Assembly: GCF_009914755.1 (NCBI RefSeq)
Contig: NC_060940.1
Strand: one strand, 5' to 3'
DNA from: the human T2T-CHM13v2.0 reference genome, Homo sapiens
DNA length: 64,000 bases
Part shown: piece by piece, positions 27,401 through 42,816 of the stretch
Position numbering within the stretch: position 1 is the first letter of the stretch
How the letters are laid out: each line of letters starts with the position of its first letter
Program-made: the position numbers and the translations under genes
Notes under the pieces: generated by a model
Told to the model about the DNA's origin: nothing
Seen by the model: only the letters and a program-made list of their open reading frames with translations
The model's database searches: none

Positions 27401-30400
27401 CCGATGATTTCTTTTGAGCCCACTCAATGCTTCCACTCGATTCCATATGATGATGACTCCATTCGATGAAATTCGATGATTATTCCATTCGCTTGCTTTC
27501 GATGATTCCACTTGAGTCCGTTAGAAGATTCTATTCAATTACATTCCATGACGATTCCGTTCGAGTCCATTTGATGATTCCATTAGACTCCATTCGACGA
27601 TGATTCCATTCGATGTTATTCGATGATTCCATTCGATCTCATTCGATGATGATTCCATTCAACTCCATTCGATGTTTCCATTCGAGTTCATTCTATTATT
27701 CCATTAGATTCCATTCGATGATGATTCCATTCGATTCCATTTGATGATTGCATTCTATTTCATTTGATGATGATTCCATTCGAGTCCACTCGATGATTCC
27801 ATTCGAGTCCATTTAATGAATCCATTGGTTTCAATTCTATGATGATTACATTGGATTCCATTCGTTGATGATTTCATTCGGTTCCATTCAATGATGATTC
27901 CATTCAATTCCTTTCAATGTTTCGATTCAATTCCATACGATGATGATTCCATTTGATTTGATTCGACAGTGAGCCATTCGATTCAATTGCATGATGATTC
28001 TATTTGATTCAATTGGTTGACATTTCCATTCGATTCCATTCGATGATGATTCCCTTTGATTCCATTCAAAGATGATTCCATTCTAGCCCATTCAATCATT
28101 CCATTCGATTCTATTCAATGATGATTCCATTCATGTCGATTTGGTGATTCCATTTGACTTCATTTGATGATGATTCCTTTCAAGTTCATTAGATGATTCC
28201 ATTCGATTCCATTTGATGATGATCCCATTCGAGTCCATTCAGTGATTCCATTCGTTTCCATTCCATGATGATTCCATTCCTTTCCATTCAATGATTCCAT
28301 TCAATTCCGTTTGATGATGATTTCATTCGAGTACATTTGATGATTCCATTTGATTCCATTCGATGATGATTCCATTCGAGTCCATTCGATGATTCTATTC
28401 GAATCCATTTGATGATTTCTTTTGATTATATTTGGTGATGATTCCATTGGAGTCCATTCAATGATTCCATTCTATTCCAATCGATGATGATTCCATTAGA
28501 GTCCATTTAATGTTTCCAATTGATTCCAGTCTCTGATGATTACATTCGAGTCCATACGATGATTCCACTCAATTCCATATGATGATGATTCCATTTGATT
28601 CCATTCGGTGATTCCATTCTATGCTATTCAATGGTGATTCCATTCGAGTACATTAGATGATTCCATTCGATTCCATTCAATGATGATTCTATTTGTGTCC
28701 CTTAGATGATTCCACATGATTCCATTAGATGATGATACTATTTGAGCCCATCCAATGATTCCCTTCGATTCCATTCGATGAGGATTCCATTCGATTCAAT
28801 TCATTGGTGATTCTATTCAATTCAATTCTTTGATTCCATTCCATTCCATTCGACAATGATTCCATTCGATTTCTTTCGATGATTCCACTCGATTCCACTT
28901 GACATTGATTCCATTCGATTCCATTCAATGATTCCATTTGATTCCAGTGGATGATGATTGCCATCGATTCCATTCGATCACTCCATTCTATTCCATTTGA
29001 TGATGATTACATTCGATTCCATTTGATGATTCCATCTGATTCTATTCGAGGATTCCATTTGATTCCATTCGATGATGATTCCATTCGAGTCCATTCGATG
29101 ATTTCATTCGAGTACATCCAATGATTCCATTCGAGTCCATTAGATGATTCCATTTGATTCCATTTGAAAATGATTCTACTAGAGTCCATTCAATGACTCC
29201 ATTCGAGTCCATTCAACAATTCCATTCGACTCCATTCGATGATTCCATTCGATTCCATTTGATGGTTCCATTCGAGTCCATTTAATCATTACAGTCGAGT
29301 CCATTTGGTGATTCCACTGGATTTCTTTTGATAATGATACCATTCAATTACATTTGATGATGATCCCATTCAATTTCATTTGATGATGATTCCATTAGAG
29401 TCCATTCGATGATTTCATTCGAGTCCCTTCATTGATTCCATCCGATTTCATTGGATGATGACTCCATTCGAGTCCATTCGATGATTCCACTCGATTCCAT
29501 TAGATGATTCCATTGGAGCCCATTTGATTGTTCCATTCGATTCCATTCGATTCCTTTCGAAGATTATTCCATTTGAGTCCATTCGATGATCATTCCATTC
29601 CATTCCATTCGATGATTCCGTTTGATTCCATTCGATGATTCCCTTCGATTCCTTTCTTTGATGATTCCATTCCATTCCATTCAATGATTCCATTCGAATC
29701 TATTCCATGATGATTCCTTTCGATTCCATTCGCTGATGTTTCCGTTCAATTCCATTCGATGATGATTCCGTTCGATTCCATTCATTGAGGATTCCATTTG
29801 ATTCCATTCAATGATGATTCCATTCTATTCCATTCAATGATTGCATTCAATTCCATTCAATGATTATCCCATTAGAGTAAACTCAACGATTCCATTCAAT
29901 ACCATTCGATGATGATTCCTTTTGAGTCCATTCAATGATTTCATTCAAGTCCATTTGATGATTCCTTTCAATTCCATTCTATGATGATTCCATTCGAGTC
30001 CATTCGATGATTCCATTCGATTGCATTCGATGATTCCATTATATTCCATTCAACGGTGATTCCATTCGAGTCCATTCGATGATTCCATTAGAGTACATTT
30101 AATGATTGCTTTGTTTTCAATTCGAAGATGATTACATTGGATTCCATTCTATGATACCATTCGATTCCATTCAATGATGATTCCACTCAAATCCATTGGA
30201 TGATTCCATTCGTGTCCATTCGGTGATTTCATTAGATTCCATTCGAGGATGATTCCATTCGATTCCATTCGATGATTCCATTCAATTCCATTCGATGATG
30301 ATTCCATTCCAGTCCATATGATCATTCCATTTGATTTCATTTGATGATGACTCCATTCGATTCCATTCGACGATTCCATTCTATTCCATTCGATGATGAT

Positions 30401-30592
30401 TCCATTCGAGTCCATTCGATCATTCCATTCGAGTCCATTTAATGATTCCATTGGGTTCAATTCAATGATGATTACATTGGATTCCGTTCTATGATTCCAT
30501 TCAATTCCGTTCATTGACAATTTGATTCCATTCGATGATGATTCCATTTGAGTTCATTCGATGATTCTATTCGATTCTCTTCGATGGTGATT
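24484..30592 (+). repeat. Higher-order unit U5 (6109 bp; same 3-bp GAT deletion as U3, near 27500-27507)
   Basis: Anchor at 24484 and 30593; GCTTGCTTTCGATGATTCCACTTG at 27491. Confidence 0.95.
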
Positions 30593-33500
30593 CAATTCTA
30601 TTATATTGGATGATTCCATTCGATTCCATTTGATGTTGATTCAATTCGATTCTATTCGATGATGATTCCATTGGATTTCACTTGATGATTCTATTCGATT
30701 CCATTCAATGATGATTCACTTCTCGTCCATTGGATGATTCCATTTCATTCCATTCGATGATGATTCCATTCGATTCCATTCGATGATTCCATTCGATTCC
30801 ATGCGACGGTGAGCAATTCGATTCAATTCCATGATGATTCTATTTGATTCAATTAGATGATGTTTCCATTCGAATCCATTCCATGATTATTCCATTGGAA
30901 TCCATTCGGCGATGATTCCATATGAGTCAATTCAATGATGATTCCATATGGGTCCGTTCGATGATAATTCCATTTGATTTCATTCGATGCTTCTATTCTA
31001 TTCCAGTCGATGATGATTCCGTTGGAGTCCATACGATGATTCCATTTGATTTCATTTGATGATGATTCCATTCGATGATGATTACATTGGATTCCATTCT
31101 ATGATTCCATTCAATTCCATTCGTTGATGATTCGATTCCATTCAATGATGATTCCATTTGAGTTCATTCGATGATTCTATTCGATTCCGTTCGATGGTGA
31201 TTCAATTCTATTATATTGGATGATTCCACTCGATTCCATTTGATGATTATTCCATTGGAGTCCACTTAGTGAATCCTTTAGATTCTACTCGACGATGATT
31301 CCATTCGAGTCCATTCGATGATACCATTCAATTCCATTCGTTGATGCTTCCATTCAAGTGCATTCGATGATATCATTCGATTCCATTTGATGATAATTCC
31401 ATTTGATTCCATGCGATGATTCTATTCGATTCCATTCAATGATAATTCCATTCAATTCAGTGATTCCTCTGGACTCCATTTGATGATGATTCCATTCAAT
31501 GATTCCATTCGATTCTATTCGAAAATGATTCCATTTGAATCCATTTGATGATGATTCCATTCGATTCCATTTGATGATTCCATTCGATTCCATTCGACGA
31601 TGATTCCATTCGATTCCGTTTGATGATTCCATTCTATTCTATTCGATGATGATTCCATTCGATTCCATTCGATGATGATTGGATTCGATTCCATTTGATG
31701 ATTTCATTTGATTCCATTCGTTAATGATTTCGATCAATTCCATTCGATGATTCCATTCGATTCCATTCGATAATGATTACATCCGAGTCCATTCGATGAT
31801 TCCATTGGAGCCTGTTCGATAATTCCATTTGAGTCCAACCAATGATTCCACTCATTTCCATTCAATGATTCCATTCGAGTCCATTTGATCATTCCGGTAG
31901 GGTCCATTCGATGTTGATTCCATTGGAGTGCATTCGATGATTCCATTCGAGTCCATTTTAGGATTTGATTCGAGTCCTTTCGATGATTCCATTCGATTCC
32001 ACTCGATGATGATTTCATTCGAGTCCATTCGACACTTCCAATCGATTCCATTTGATGATTCCATTCGAGTCCAATTGATGATTCCATTCAATTCCATTCG
32101 ATGATGATTCCGTACGATTCCATTCTGTGATGATTCCATGTGATTGCATTCAATGATGATTCCTTTCGATTGCATTCGATTATGATTCATTTCGTGTTCA
32201 TTCTATGGTTCCACAGGTTTCCATTCGTGTCCATTCCATTATTCCATTCTATTCCATTTGATGATGATTCCATTCGATTCCATTCATTGGTGATTCCACT
32301 CAATTCCATTCAATGATTCCATTCCATTTCTTTCAACAATGATTCCATTAGTTTCTAATCGATGATCCACTTGATTCCATTTGACGACGATTCCATTCTT
32401 GTCCATTCGATGATTCCATTTGATTCCATATGATGATGATTCCATTCGATTCCATACCATGATGATTCCATTCGAGTCCATTCAATGGTGATTCCATTCA
32501 ATTCCATTCGATGATTCCTTTTGATTCCATTCGATGATGATGGCATTCGATTCCTTTCAATCATTCCCTTTGATTCCATTCAAAGGTGATTTCATTCAAG
32601 TCCATTCGATAATTGCATTCGATTCCATTCTATGATGATTCCATTCGAGTCCATTTGATGATTCCATTCAATTCAAGTCAATGATGATTCCATTCGATTC
32701 CATTCGATGATTCCATTGGATTCCATTCGATGATGATTCCATTCAAATCCATTCGATAATTCAATTCAAGTCCATTCGATGATGATTCCAATCGAATCCA
32801 TTCAAAGATTCCATTCAGTTCCATTCGATGATTCCCTTAGATTCCATTCGATGATTCCACTTGATTGCATTTACGATGATTCCATTCGATTCCATGTGAT
32901 GATTCCATTCAATTCTATTCAATGATGTCTCCATTTGATTCCATTCGACCATGATTGCCTTTGATTCCATTCAATGATTCCATTCGGTTCCGTTTGATGA
33001 TGATTCCGTTCGATTCCATTTGATGATTCCATTTGATTCCATTGGATGAGTCCATTCGATTACATTCGATGATTATTCCATTCGAGTGCATTAGATGATT
33101 CCATTCGAGTCCATTCGATGATTCCATTCGATTCCATTCGATGTTGATTCTGTTCAAATCCATTCGATGATTCCACTCGATTCCATTCGTTGACTCCATT
33201 TGATCCCATTCGATGATTTCCTTTGATTCCCTTTGATGATCATTCCATTTGATTCAATTCGGTGATTTCATTTGATTCCATTCAGTGATGTTTCCATTCG
33301 ACTCCATTCGATGATGATTCCATTCGACTCCATTCGATTATGATTTCATTCAATTCCATTCGATAATGATTCCCTTCGAGTCCATTCGATGATTCCATTC
33401 GATTCCATTCAACGATGATTTGATTCGTGTCCATTCGATGATTCCATTTGATTCCACTTGATGATGATTCCATTCGAGTCCATTTGATGATTCCATTCAA

Positions 33501-36500
33501 TTCCATACTCCGATGATTTCTTTTGAGCCCACTCAATGCTTCCACTCGATTCCATATGATGATGACTCCATTCGATGAAATTCGATGATGATTCCATTCG
33601 CTTGCTTTCGATGATGATTCCACTTGAGTCCGTTAGAAGATTCTATTCAATTACATTCCATGACGATTCCGTTCGAGTCCATTTGATGATTCCATTAGAC
33701 TCCATTCAACGATGATTCCATTCGATGTTATTCGATGATTCCATTCGATCTCATTCGATGATGATTCCATTCAACTCCATTCGATGTTTCCATTCGAGTT
33801 CATTCTATTATTCCATTAGATTCCATTCGATGATGATTCCATTCGATTCCATTTGATGATTGCATTCTATTTCATTTGATGATGATTCCATTCGAGTCCA
33901 CTCGATGATTCCATTCGAGTCCATTTAATGAATCCATTGGTTTCAATTCTATGATGATTACATTGGATTCCATTCGTTGATGATTTCATTCGGTTCCATT
34001 CAATGATGATTCCATTCAATTCCTTTCAATGTTTCCATTCAATTCCATACGATGATGATTCCATTTGATTTGATTCGACAGTGAGCCATTCGATTCAATT
34101 CCATGATGATTCTATTTGATTCAATTGGTTGACATTTCCATTCGATTCCATTCGATGATGATTCCCTTTGATTCCGTTCAAAGATGATTCCATTCTAGCC
34201 CATTCAATCATTCCATTCGATTCTATTCAATGATGATTCCATTCATGTCGATTTGGTGATTCCATTTGACTTGATTTGATGATGATTCCTTTCAAGTTCA
34301 TTAGATGATTCCATTCGATTCCATTTGATGATGATCCCATTCGAGTCCATTCAGTGATTCCATTCGTTTCCATTCCATGATGATTCCATTCCTTTCCATT
34401 CAATGATTCCATTCGATTCCGTTTGATGATGATTTCATTCGAGTCCATTTGATGATTCCATTTGATTCCATTCGATGATGATTCCATTCGAGTCCATTCG
34501 ATGATTCTATTCGAATCCATTTGATGATTTCTTTTGATTATATTTGGTGATGATTCCATTGGAGTCCATTCAATGATTCCATTCTATTCCAATCGATGAT
34601 GATTCCATTAGAGTCCATTTAATGATTCCATTTGATTCCAGTCTCTGATGATTACATTCGAGTCCATACGATGATTCCACTCAATTCCATATGATGATGA
34701 TTCCATTTGATTCCATTCGGTGATTCCATTCTATTCTATTCAATGGTGATTCCATTCGAGTACATTAGATGATTCCATTCGATTCCATTCAATGATGATT
34801 CTATTTGTGTCCCTTAGATGATTCCACATGATTCCATTAGATGATGATACTATTTGAGCCCATCCAATGATTCCCTTCGATTCCATTCGATGAGGATTCC
34901 ATTCGATTCAATTCATTGGTGATTCTATTCAATTCAATTCTTTGATTCCATTCCATTCCATTCGACAATGATTCCATTCGATTTCTTTCGATGATTCCAC
35001 TCGATTCCACTTGACATTGATTCCATTCGATTCCATTCAATGATTCCATTTGATTCCAGTGGATGATGATTGCCATCGATTCCATTCGATCACTCCATTC
35101 TATTCCATTTCATGATGATTACATTCGATTCCATTTGATGATTCCATCTGATTCTATTCGAGGATTCCATTTGATTCCATTCGATGATGATTCCATTCGA
35201 GTCCATTCGATGATTTCATTCGAGTACATCCAATGATTCCATTCGAGTCCATTAGATGATTCCATTTGATTCCATTTGAAAATGATTCTACTAGAGTCCA
35301 TTCAATGACTCCATTCGAGTCCATTCAACAATTCCATTCGACTCCATTCGATGATTCCATTCGATTCCATTTGATGGTTCCATTCGAGTCCATTTAATCA
35401 TTACAGTCGAGTCCATTTGGTGATTCCACTGGATTTCTTTTGATAATGATACCATTCAATTACATTTGATGATGATCCCATTCAATTTCATTTGATGATG
35501 ATTCCATTAGAGTCCATTCCATGATTTCATTCGAGTCCCTTCATTGATTCCAACCGATTTCATTGGATGATGACTCCATTCGAGTCCATTCGATGATTCC
35601 ACTCGATTCCATTAGATGATTCCATTGGAGTCCATTTGATTGTTCCATTCGATTCCATTCGATTCCTTTCGAAGATTTTTCCATTTGAGTCCATTCGATG
35701 ATGATTCCATTCCATTCCATTCGATGATTCCGTTTGATTCCATTCGATGATTCCCTTCGATTCCTTTCTTTGATGATTCCATTCCATTCCATTCAATGAT
35801 TCCATTCGAATCTATTCCATGATGATTCCTTTCGATTCCATTCGCTGATGTTTCCGTTCAATTCCATTCGATGATGATTCCATTCGATTCCATTCATTGA
35901 GGATTCCATTTGATTCCATTCAATGATGATTCCATTCTATTCCATTCAATGATTGCATTCAATTCCATTCAATGATTATCCCATTAGAGTAAACTCAATG
36001 ATTCCATTCAATACCATTCGATGATGATTCCTTTTGAGTCCATTCAATGATTTCATTCAAGTCCATTTGATGATTCCTTTCAATTCCATTCTATGATGAT
36101 TCCATTCGAGTCCATTCGATGATTCCATTCGATTGCATTCGATGATTCCATTATATTCCATTCAACGATGATTCCATTCGAGTCCATTCGATGATTCCAT
36201 TAGAGTACATTTAATGATTGCTTTGTTTTCAATTCGAAGATGATTACATTGGATTCCATTCTATGATACCATTCGATTCCATTCAATGATGATTCCACTC
36301 AAATCCATTGGATGATTCCATTCGTGTCCATTCGGTGATTTCATTAGATTCCATTCGAGGATGATTCCATTCGATTCCATTCGATGATTCCATTCAATTC
36401 CATTCGATGATGATTCCATTCCAGTCCATATGATCATTCCATTTGATTTCATTCGATGATGATTCCATTCGATTCCATTCGATGATTCCATTCTATTCCA

Positions 36501-36704
36501 TTCGATGATGATTCCATTCGAGTCCATTCGATGATTCCATTCGAGTCCATTTAATGATTCCATTGGGTTCAATTCAATGATGATTACATTGGATTCCGTT
36601 CTATGATTCCATTCAATTCCGTTCATTGACAATTTGATTCCATTCGATGATGATTCCATTTGAGTTCATTCGATGATTCTATTCGATTCTCTTCGATGGT
36701 GATT
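30593..36704 (+). repeat. Higher-order unit U6 (6112 bp)
   Basis: Anchor at 30593 and 36705; ORF offset 31354->37466. Confidence 0.95.
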
Positions 36705-39700
36705 CAATTCTATTTTATTGGATGATTCCATTCGATTCCATTTGATGTTGATTCAATTCGATTCTATTCGATGATGATTCCATTGGATTTCACTTGATGA
36801 TTCTATTCGATTCCATTCAATGATGATTCACTTCTCGTCCATTGGATGATTCCATTTCATTCCATTCGATGATGATTCCATTCGATTCCATTCGATGATT
36901 CCATTTGATTCCATGCGACGGTGAGCAATTCGATTCAATTCCATGATGATTCTATTTGATTCAATTAGATGATGTTTCCATTCGAATCCATTCCATGATT
37001 ATTCCATTGGAATCCATTTGGCGATGATTCCATATGAGTCAATTCAATGATGATTCCATATGGGTCCGTTCGATGATAATTCCATTTGATTTCATTCGAT
37101 GCTTCTATTCTATTCCAGTCGATGATGATTCCGTTGGAGTCCATACGATGATTCCATTTGATTTCATTTGATGATGATTCCATTCGATGATGATTACATT
37201 GGATTCCATTCTATGATTCCATTCAATTCCATTCGTTGATGATTCGATTCCATTCAATGATGATTCCATTTGAGTTCATTCGATGATTCTATTCGATTCC
37301 ATTCGATTGTGATTCAATTCTCTTATATTGGATGATTCCAGTCGATTCCATTTGATGATTATTCCATTGGAGTCCACTTAGTGAATCCTTTGGATTCTAC
37401 TCGACGATGATTCCATTGGAGTCCATTCGATGATACCATTCAATTCCATTCGTTGATGCTTCCATTCAAGTGCATTCGATGATATCATTCGATTCCATTT
37501 GATGATAATTCCATTTGATTCCATGCGATGATTCTATTCGATTCCATTCAATGATAATTCCATTCAATTCAGTGATTCCTCTGGACTCCATTTGATGATG
37601 ATTCCATTCAATGATTCCATTCGATTCTATTCGAAAATGATTCCATTTGAATCCATTTGATGATGATTCCATTAGATTCCATTTGATGATTCCATTCGAT
37701 TCCATTCGACGATGATTCCATTCGATTCCGTTTGATGATTCCATTCTATTCTATTCGATGATGATTCCATTCGATTCCATTCGATGATGATTGGATTCGA
37801 TTCCATTTGATGATTTCATTTGATTCCATTCGTTAATGATTTCGATCAATTCCATTCGATGATTCCATTCGATTCCATTCGATAATGATTACATCCGAGT
37901 CCATTCGATGATTCCATTTGAGCCTGTTCGATAATTCCATTTGAGTCCAACCAATGATTCCATTCATTTCCATTCAATGATTCCATTCGAGTCCATTTGA
38001 TCATTCCGGTAGGGTCCATTCGATGTTGATTCCATTGGAGTGCATTCGATGATTCCATTCGAGTCCATTTTAGGATTTGATTCGAGTCCTTTCGATGATT
38101 CCATTCGATTCCACTCGATGATGATTTCATTCGAGTCCATTCGACACTTCCAATCGATTCCATTTGATGATTCCATTCGAGTCCAATTGATGATTCCATT
38201 CAATTCCATTCGATGATGATTCCGTACGATTCCATTCTGTGATGATTCCATGTGATTGCATTCAATGATGATTCCTTTCGATTGCATTCGATTATGATTC
38301 ATTTCGTGTTCATTCTATGGTTCCACAGGTTTCCATTCGTGTCCATTCCATTATTCCATTCTATTCCATTTGATGATGATTCCATTCGATTCCATTCATT
38401 GGTGATTCCACTCAATTCCATTCAATGATTCCATTCCATTTCTTTCAACAATGATTCCATTAGTTTCTAATCGATGATCCACTTGATTCCATTTGACGAC
38501 GATTCCATTCTTGTCCATTCGATGATTCCATTTGATTCCATATGATGATGATTCCATTCGATTCCATACCATGATGATTCCATTCGAGTCCATTCAATGG
38601 TGATTCCATTCAATTCCATTCGATGATTCCTTTCGATTCCATTCGATGATGATGGCATTCGATTCCTTTCAATCATTCCCTTTGATTCCATTCAAAGGTG
38701 ATTTCATTCAAGTCCATTCGATAATTGCATTCGATTCCATTCTATGATGATTCCATTCGAGTCCATTTGATGATTCCATTCAATTCAAGTCAATGATGAT
38801 TCCATTCGATTCCATACGATGATTCCATTGGATTCCATTCGATGATGATTCCATTCAAATCCATTCGATAATTCAATTCAAGTCCATTCGATGATGATTC
38901 CAATCGAATCCATTCAAAGATTCCATTCAGTTCCATTCGATGATTCCCTTAGATTCCATTCGATGATTCCACTTGATTGCATTTACGATGATTCCATTCG
39001 ATTCCATGTGATGATTCCATTCAATTCTATTCAATGATGTCTCCATTTGATTCCATTCGACCATGATTGCCTTTGATTCCATTCAATGATTCCATTCGGT
39101 TCCGTTTGATGATGATTCCGTTCGATTCCATTTGATGATTCCATTTGATTCCATTGGATGAGTCCATTCGATTACATTCGATGATTATTCCATTCGAGTG
39201 CATTAGATGATTCCATTCGAGTCCATTCGATGATTCCATTCGATTCCATTCGATGTTGATTCTGTTCAAATCCATTCGATGATTCCACTCGATTCCATTC
39301 GTTGACTCCATTTGATCCCATTCGATGATTTCCTTTGATTCCCTTTGATGATCATTCCATTTGATTCAATTCGGTGATTTCATTTGATTCCATTCAGTGA
39401 TGTTTCCATTCGACTCCATTCGATGATGATTCCATTCGACTCCATTCGATTATGATTTCATTCAATTCCATTCGATAATGATTCCCTTCGAGTCCATTCG
39501 ATGATTCCATTCGATTCCATTCAACGATGATTTGATTCGTGTCCATTCGATGATTCCATTTGATTCCACTTGATGATGATTCCATTCGAGTCCATTTGAT
39601 GATTCCATTCAATTCCATACTCCGATGATTTCTTTTGAGCCCACTCAATGCTTCCACTCGATTCCATATGATGATGACTCCATTCGATGAAATTCGATGA

Positions 39701-42700
39701 TGATTCCATTCGCTTGCTTTCGATGATGATTCCACTTGAGTCCGTTAGAAGATTCTATTCAATTACATTCCATGACGATTCCGTTCGAGTCCATTTGATG
39801 ATTCCATTAGACTCCATTCGACGATGATTCCATTCGATGTTATTCGATGATTCCATTCGATCTCATTCGATGATGATTCCATTCAACTCCATTCGATGTT
39901 TCCATTCGAGTTCATTCTATTATTCCATTAGATTCCATTCGATGATGATTCCATTCGATTCCATTTGATGATTGCATTCTATTTCATTTGATGATGATTC
40001 CATTCGAGTCCACTCGATGATTCCATTCGAGTCCATTTAATGAATCCATTGGTTTCAATTCTATGATGATTACATTGGATTCCATTCGTTGATGATTTCA
40101 TTCGGTTCCATTCAATGATGATTCCATTCAATTCCTTTCAATGTTTCCATTCAATTCCATACGATGATGATTCCATTTGATTTGATTCGACAGTGAGCCA
40201 TTCGATTCAATTCCATGATGATTCTATTTGATTCAATTGGTTGACATTTCCATTCGATTCCATTCGATGATGATTCCCTTTGATTCCGTTCAAAGATGAA
40301 TCCATTCTAGCCCATTCAATCATTCCATTCGATTCTATTCAATGATGATTCCATTCATGTCGATTTGGTGATTCCATTTGACTTCATTTGATGATGATTC
40401 CTTTCAAGTTCATTAGATGATTCCATTCGATTCCATTTGATGATGATCCCATTCGAGTCCATTCAGTGATTCCATTCGTTTCCATTCCATGATGATTCCA
40501 TTCCTTTCCATTCAATGATTCCATTCGATTCCGTTTGATGATGATTTCATTCGAGTCCATTTGATGATTCCATTTGATTCCATTCGATGATGATTCCATT
40601 CGAGTCCATTCGATGATTCTATTCGAATCCATTTGATGATTTCTTTTGATTATATTTGGTGATGATTCCATTGGAGTCCATTCAATGATTCCATTCTATT
40701 CCAATCGATGATGATTCCATTAGAGTCCATTTAATGATTCCATTTGATTCCAGTCTCTGATGATTACATTCGAGTCCATACGATGATTCCACTCAATTCC
40801 ATATGATGATGATTCCATTTGATTCCATTCGGTGATTCCATTCTATTCTATTCAATGGTGATTCCATTCGAGTACATTAGATGATTCCATTCGATTCCAT
40901 TCAATGATGATTCTATTTGTGTCCCTTAGATGATTCCACATGATTCCATTAGATGATGATACTATTTGAGCCCATCCAATGATTCCCTTCGATTCCATTC
41001 GATGAGGATTCCATTCGATTCAATTCATTGGTGATTCTATTCAATTCAATTCTTTGATTCCATTCCATTCCATTCGACAATGATTCCATTCGATTTCTTT
41101 CGATGATTCCACTCGATTCCACTTGACATTGATTCCATTCGATTCCATTCAATGATTCCATTTGATTCCAGTGGATGATGATTGCCATCGATTCCATTCG
41201 ATCACTCCATTCTATTCCATTTCATGATGATTACATTCGATTCCATTTGATGATTCCATCTGATTCTATTCGAGGATTCCATTTGATTCCATTCGATGAT
41301 GATTCCATTCGAGTCCATTCGATGATTTCATTCGAGTACATCCAATGATTCCATTCGAGTCCATTAGATGATTCCATTTGATTCCATTTGAAAATGATTC
41401 TACTAGAGTCCATTCAATGACTCCATTCGAGTCCATTCAACAATTCCATTCGACTCCATTCGATGATTCCATTCGATTCCATTTGATGGTTCCATTCGAG
41501 TCCATTTAATCATTACAGTCGAGTCCATTTGGTGATTCCACTGGATTTCCTTTGATAATGATACCATTCAATTACATTTGATGATGATCCCATTCAATTT
41601 CATTTGATGATGATTCCATTAGAGTCCATTCCATGATTTCATTCGAGTCCCTTCATTGATTCCATCCGATTTCATTGGATGATGACTCCATTCGAGTCCA
41701 TTCGATGATTCCACTCGATTCCATTAGATGATTCCATTGGAGTCCATTTGATTGTTCCATTCGATTCCATTCGATTCCTTTCGAAGATTTTTCCATTTGA
41801 GTCCATTCGATGATGATTCCATTCCATTCCATTCGATGATTCCGTTTGATTCCATTCGATGATTCCCTTCGATTCCTTTCTTTGATGATTCCATTCCATT
41901 CCATTCCATGATTCCATTCGAATCTATTCCATGATGATTCCTTTCGATTCCATTCGCTGATGTTTCCGTTCAATTCCATTCGATGATGATTCCATTCGAT
42001 TCCATTCATTGAGGATTCCATTTGATTCCATTCAATGATGATTCCATTCTATTCCATTCAATGATTGCATTCAATTCCATTCAATGATTATCCCATTAGA
42101 GTAAACTCAACGATTCCATTCAATACCATTCGATGATGATTCCTTTTGAGTCCATTCAATGATTTCATTCAAGTCCATTTGATGATTCCTTTCAATTCCA
42201 TTCTATGATGATTCCATTCGAGTCCATTCGATGATTCCATTCGATTGCATTCGATGATTCCATTATATTCCATTCAACGATGATTCCATTCGAGTCCATT
42301 CGATGATTCCATTAGAGTACATTTAATGATTGCTTTGTTTTCAATTCGAAGATGATTACATTGGATTCCATTCTATGATACCATTCGATTCCATTCAATG
42401 ATGATTCCACTCAAATCCATTGGATGATTCCATTCGTGTCCATTCGGTGATTTCATTAGATTCCATTCGAGGATGATTCCATTCGATTCCATTCGATGAT
42501 TCCATTCAATTCCATTCGATGATGATTCCATTCCAGTCCATATGATCATTCCATTTGATTTCATTCGATGATGATTCCATTCGATTCCATTCGATGATTC
42601 CATTCTATTCCATTCGATGATGATTCCATTCGAGTCCATTCGATGATTCCATTCGAGTCCATTTAATGATTCCATTGGGTTCAATTCAATGATGATTACA

Positions 42701-42816
42701 TTGGATTCCGTTCTATGATTCCATTCAATTCCGTTCATTGACAATTTGATTCCATTCGATGATGATTCCATTTGAGTTCATTCGATGATTCTATTCGATT
42801 CTCTTCGATGGTGATT
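36705..42816 (+). repeat. Higher-order unit U7 (6112 bp)
   Basis: Anchor (variant CAATTCTATTTTATTGG) at 36705 and 42817; ORF offset 37466->43578. Confidence 0.95.
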
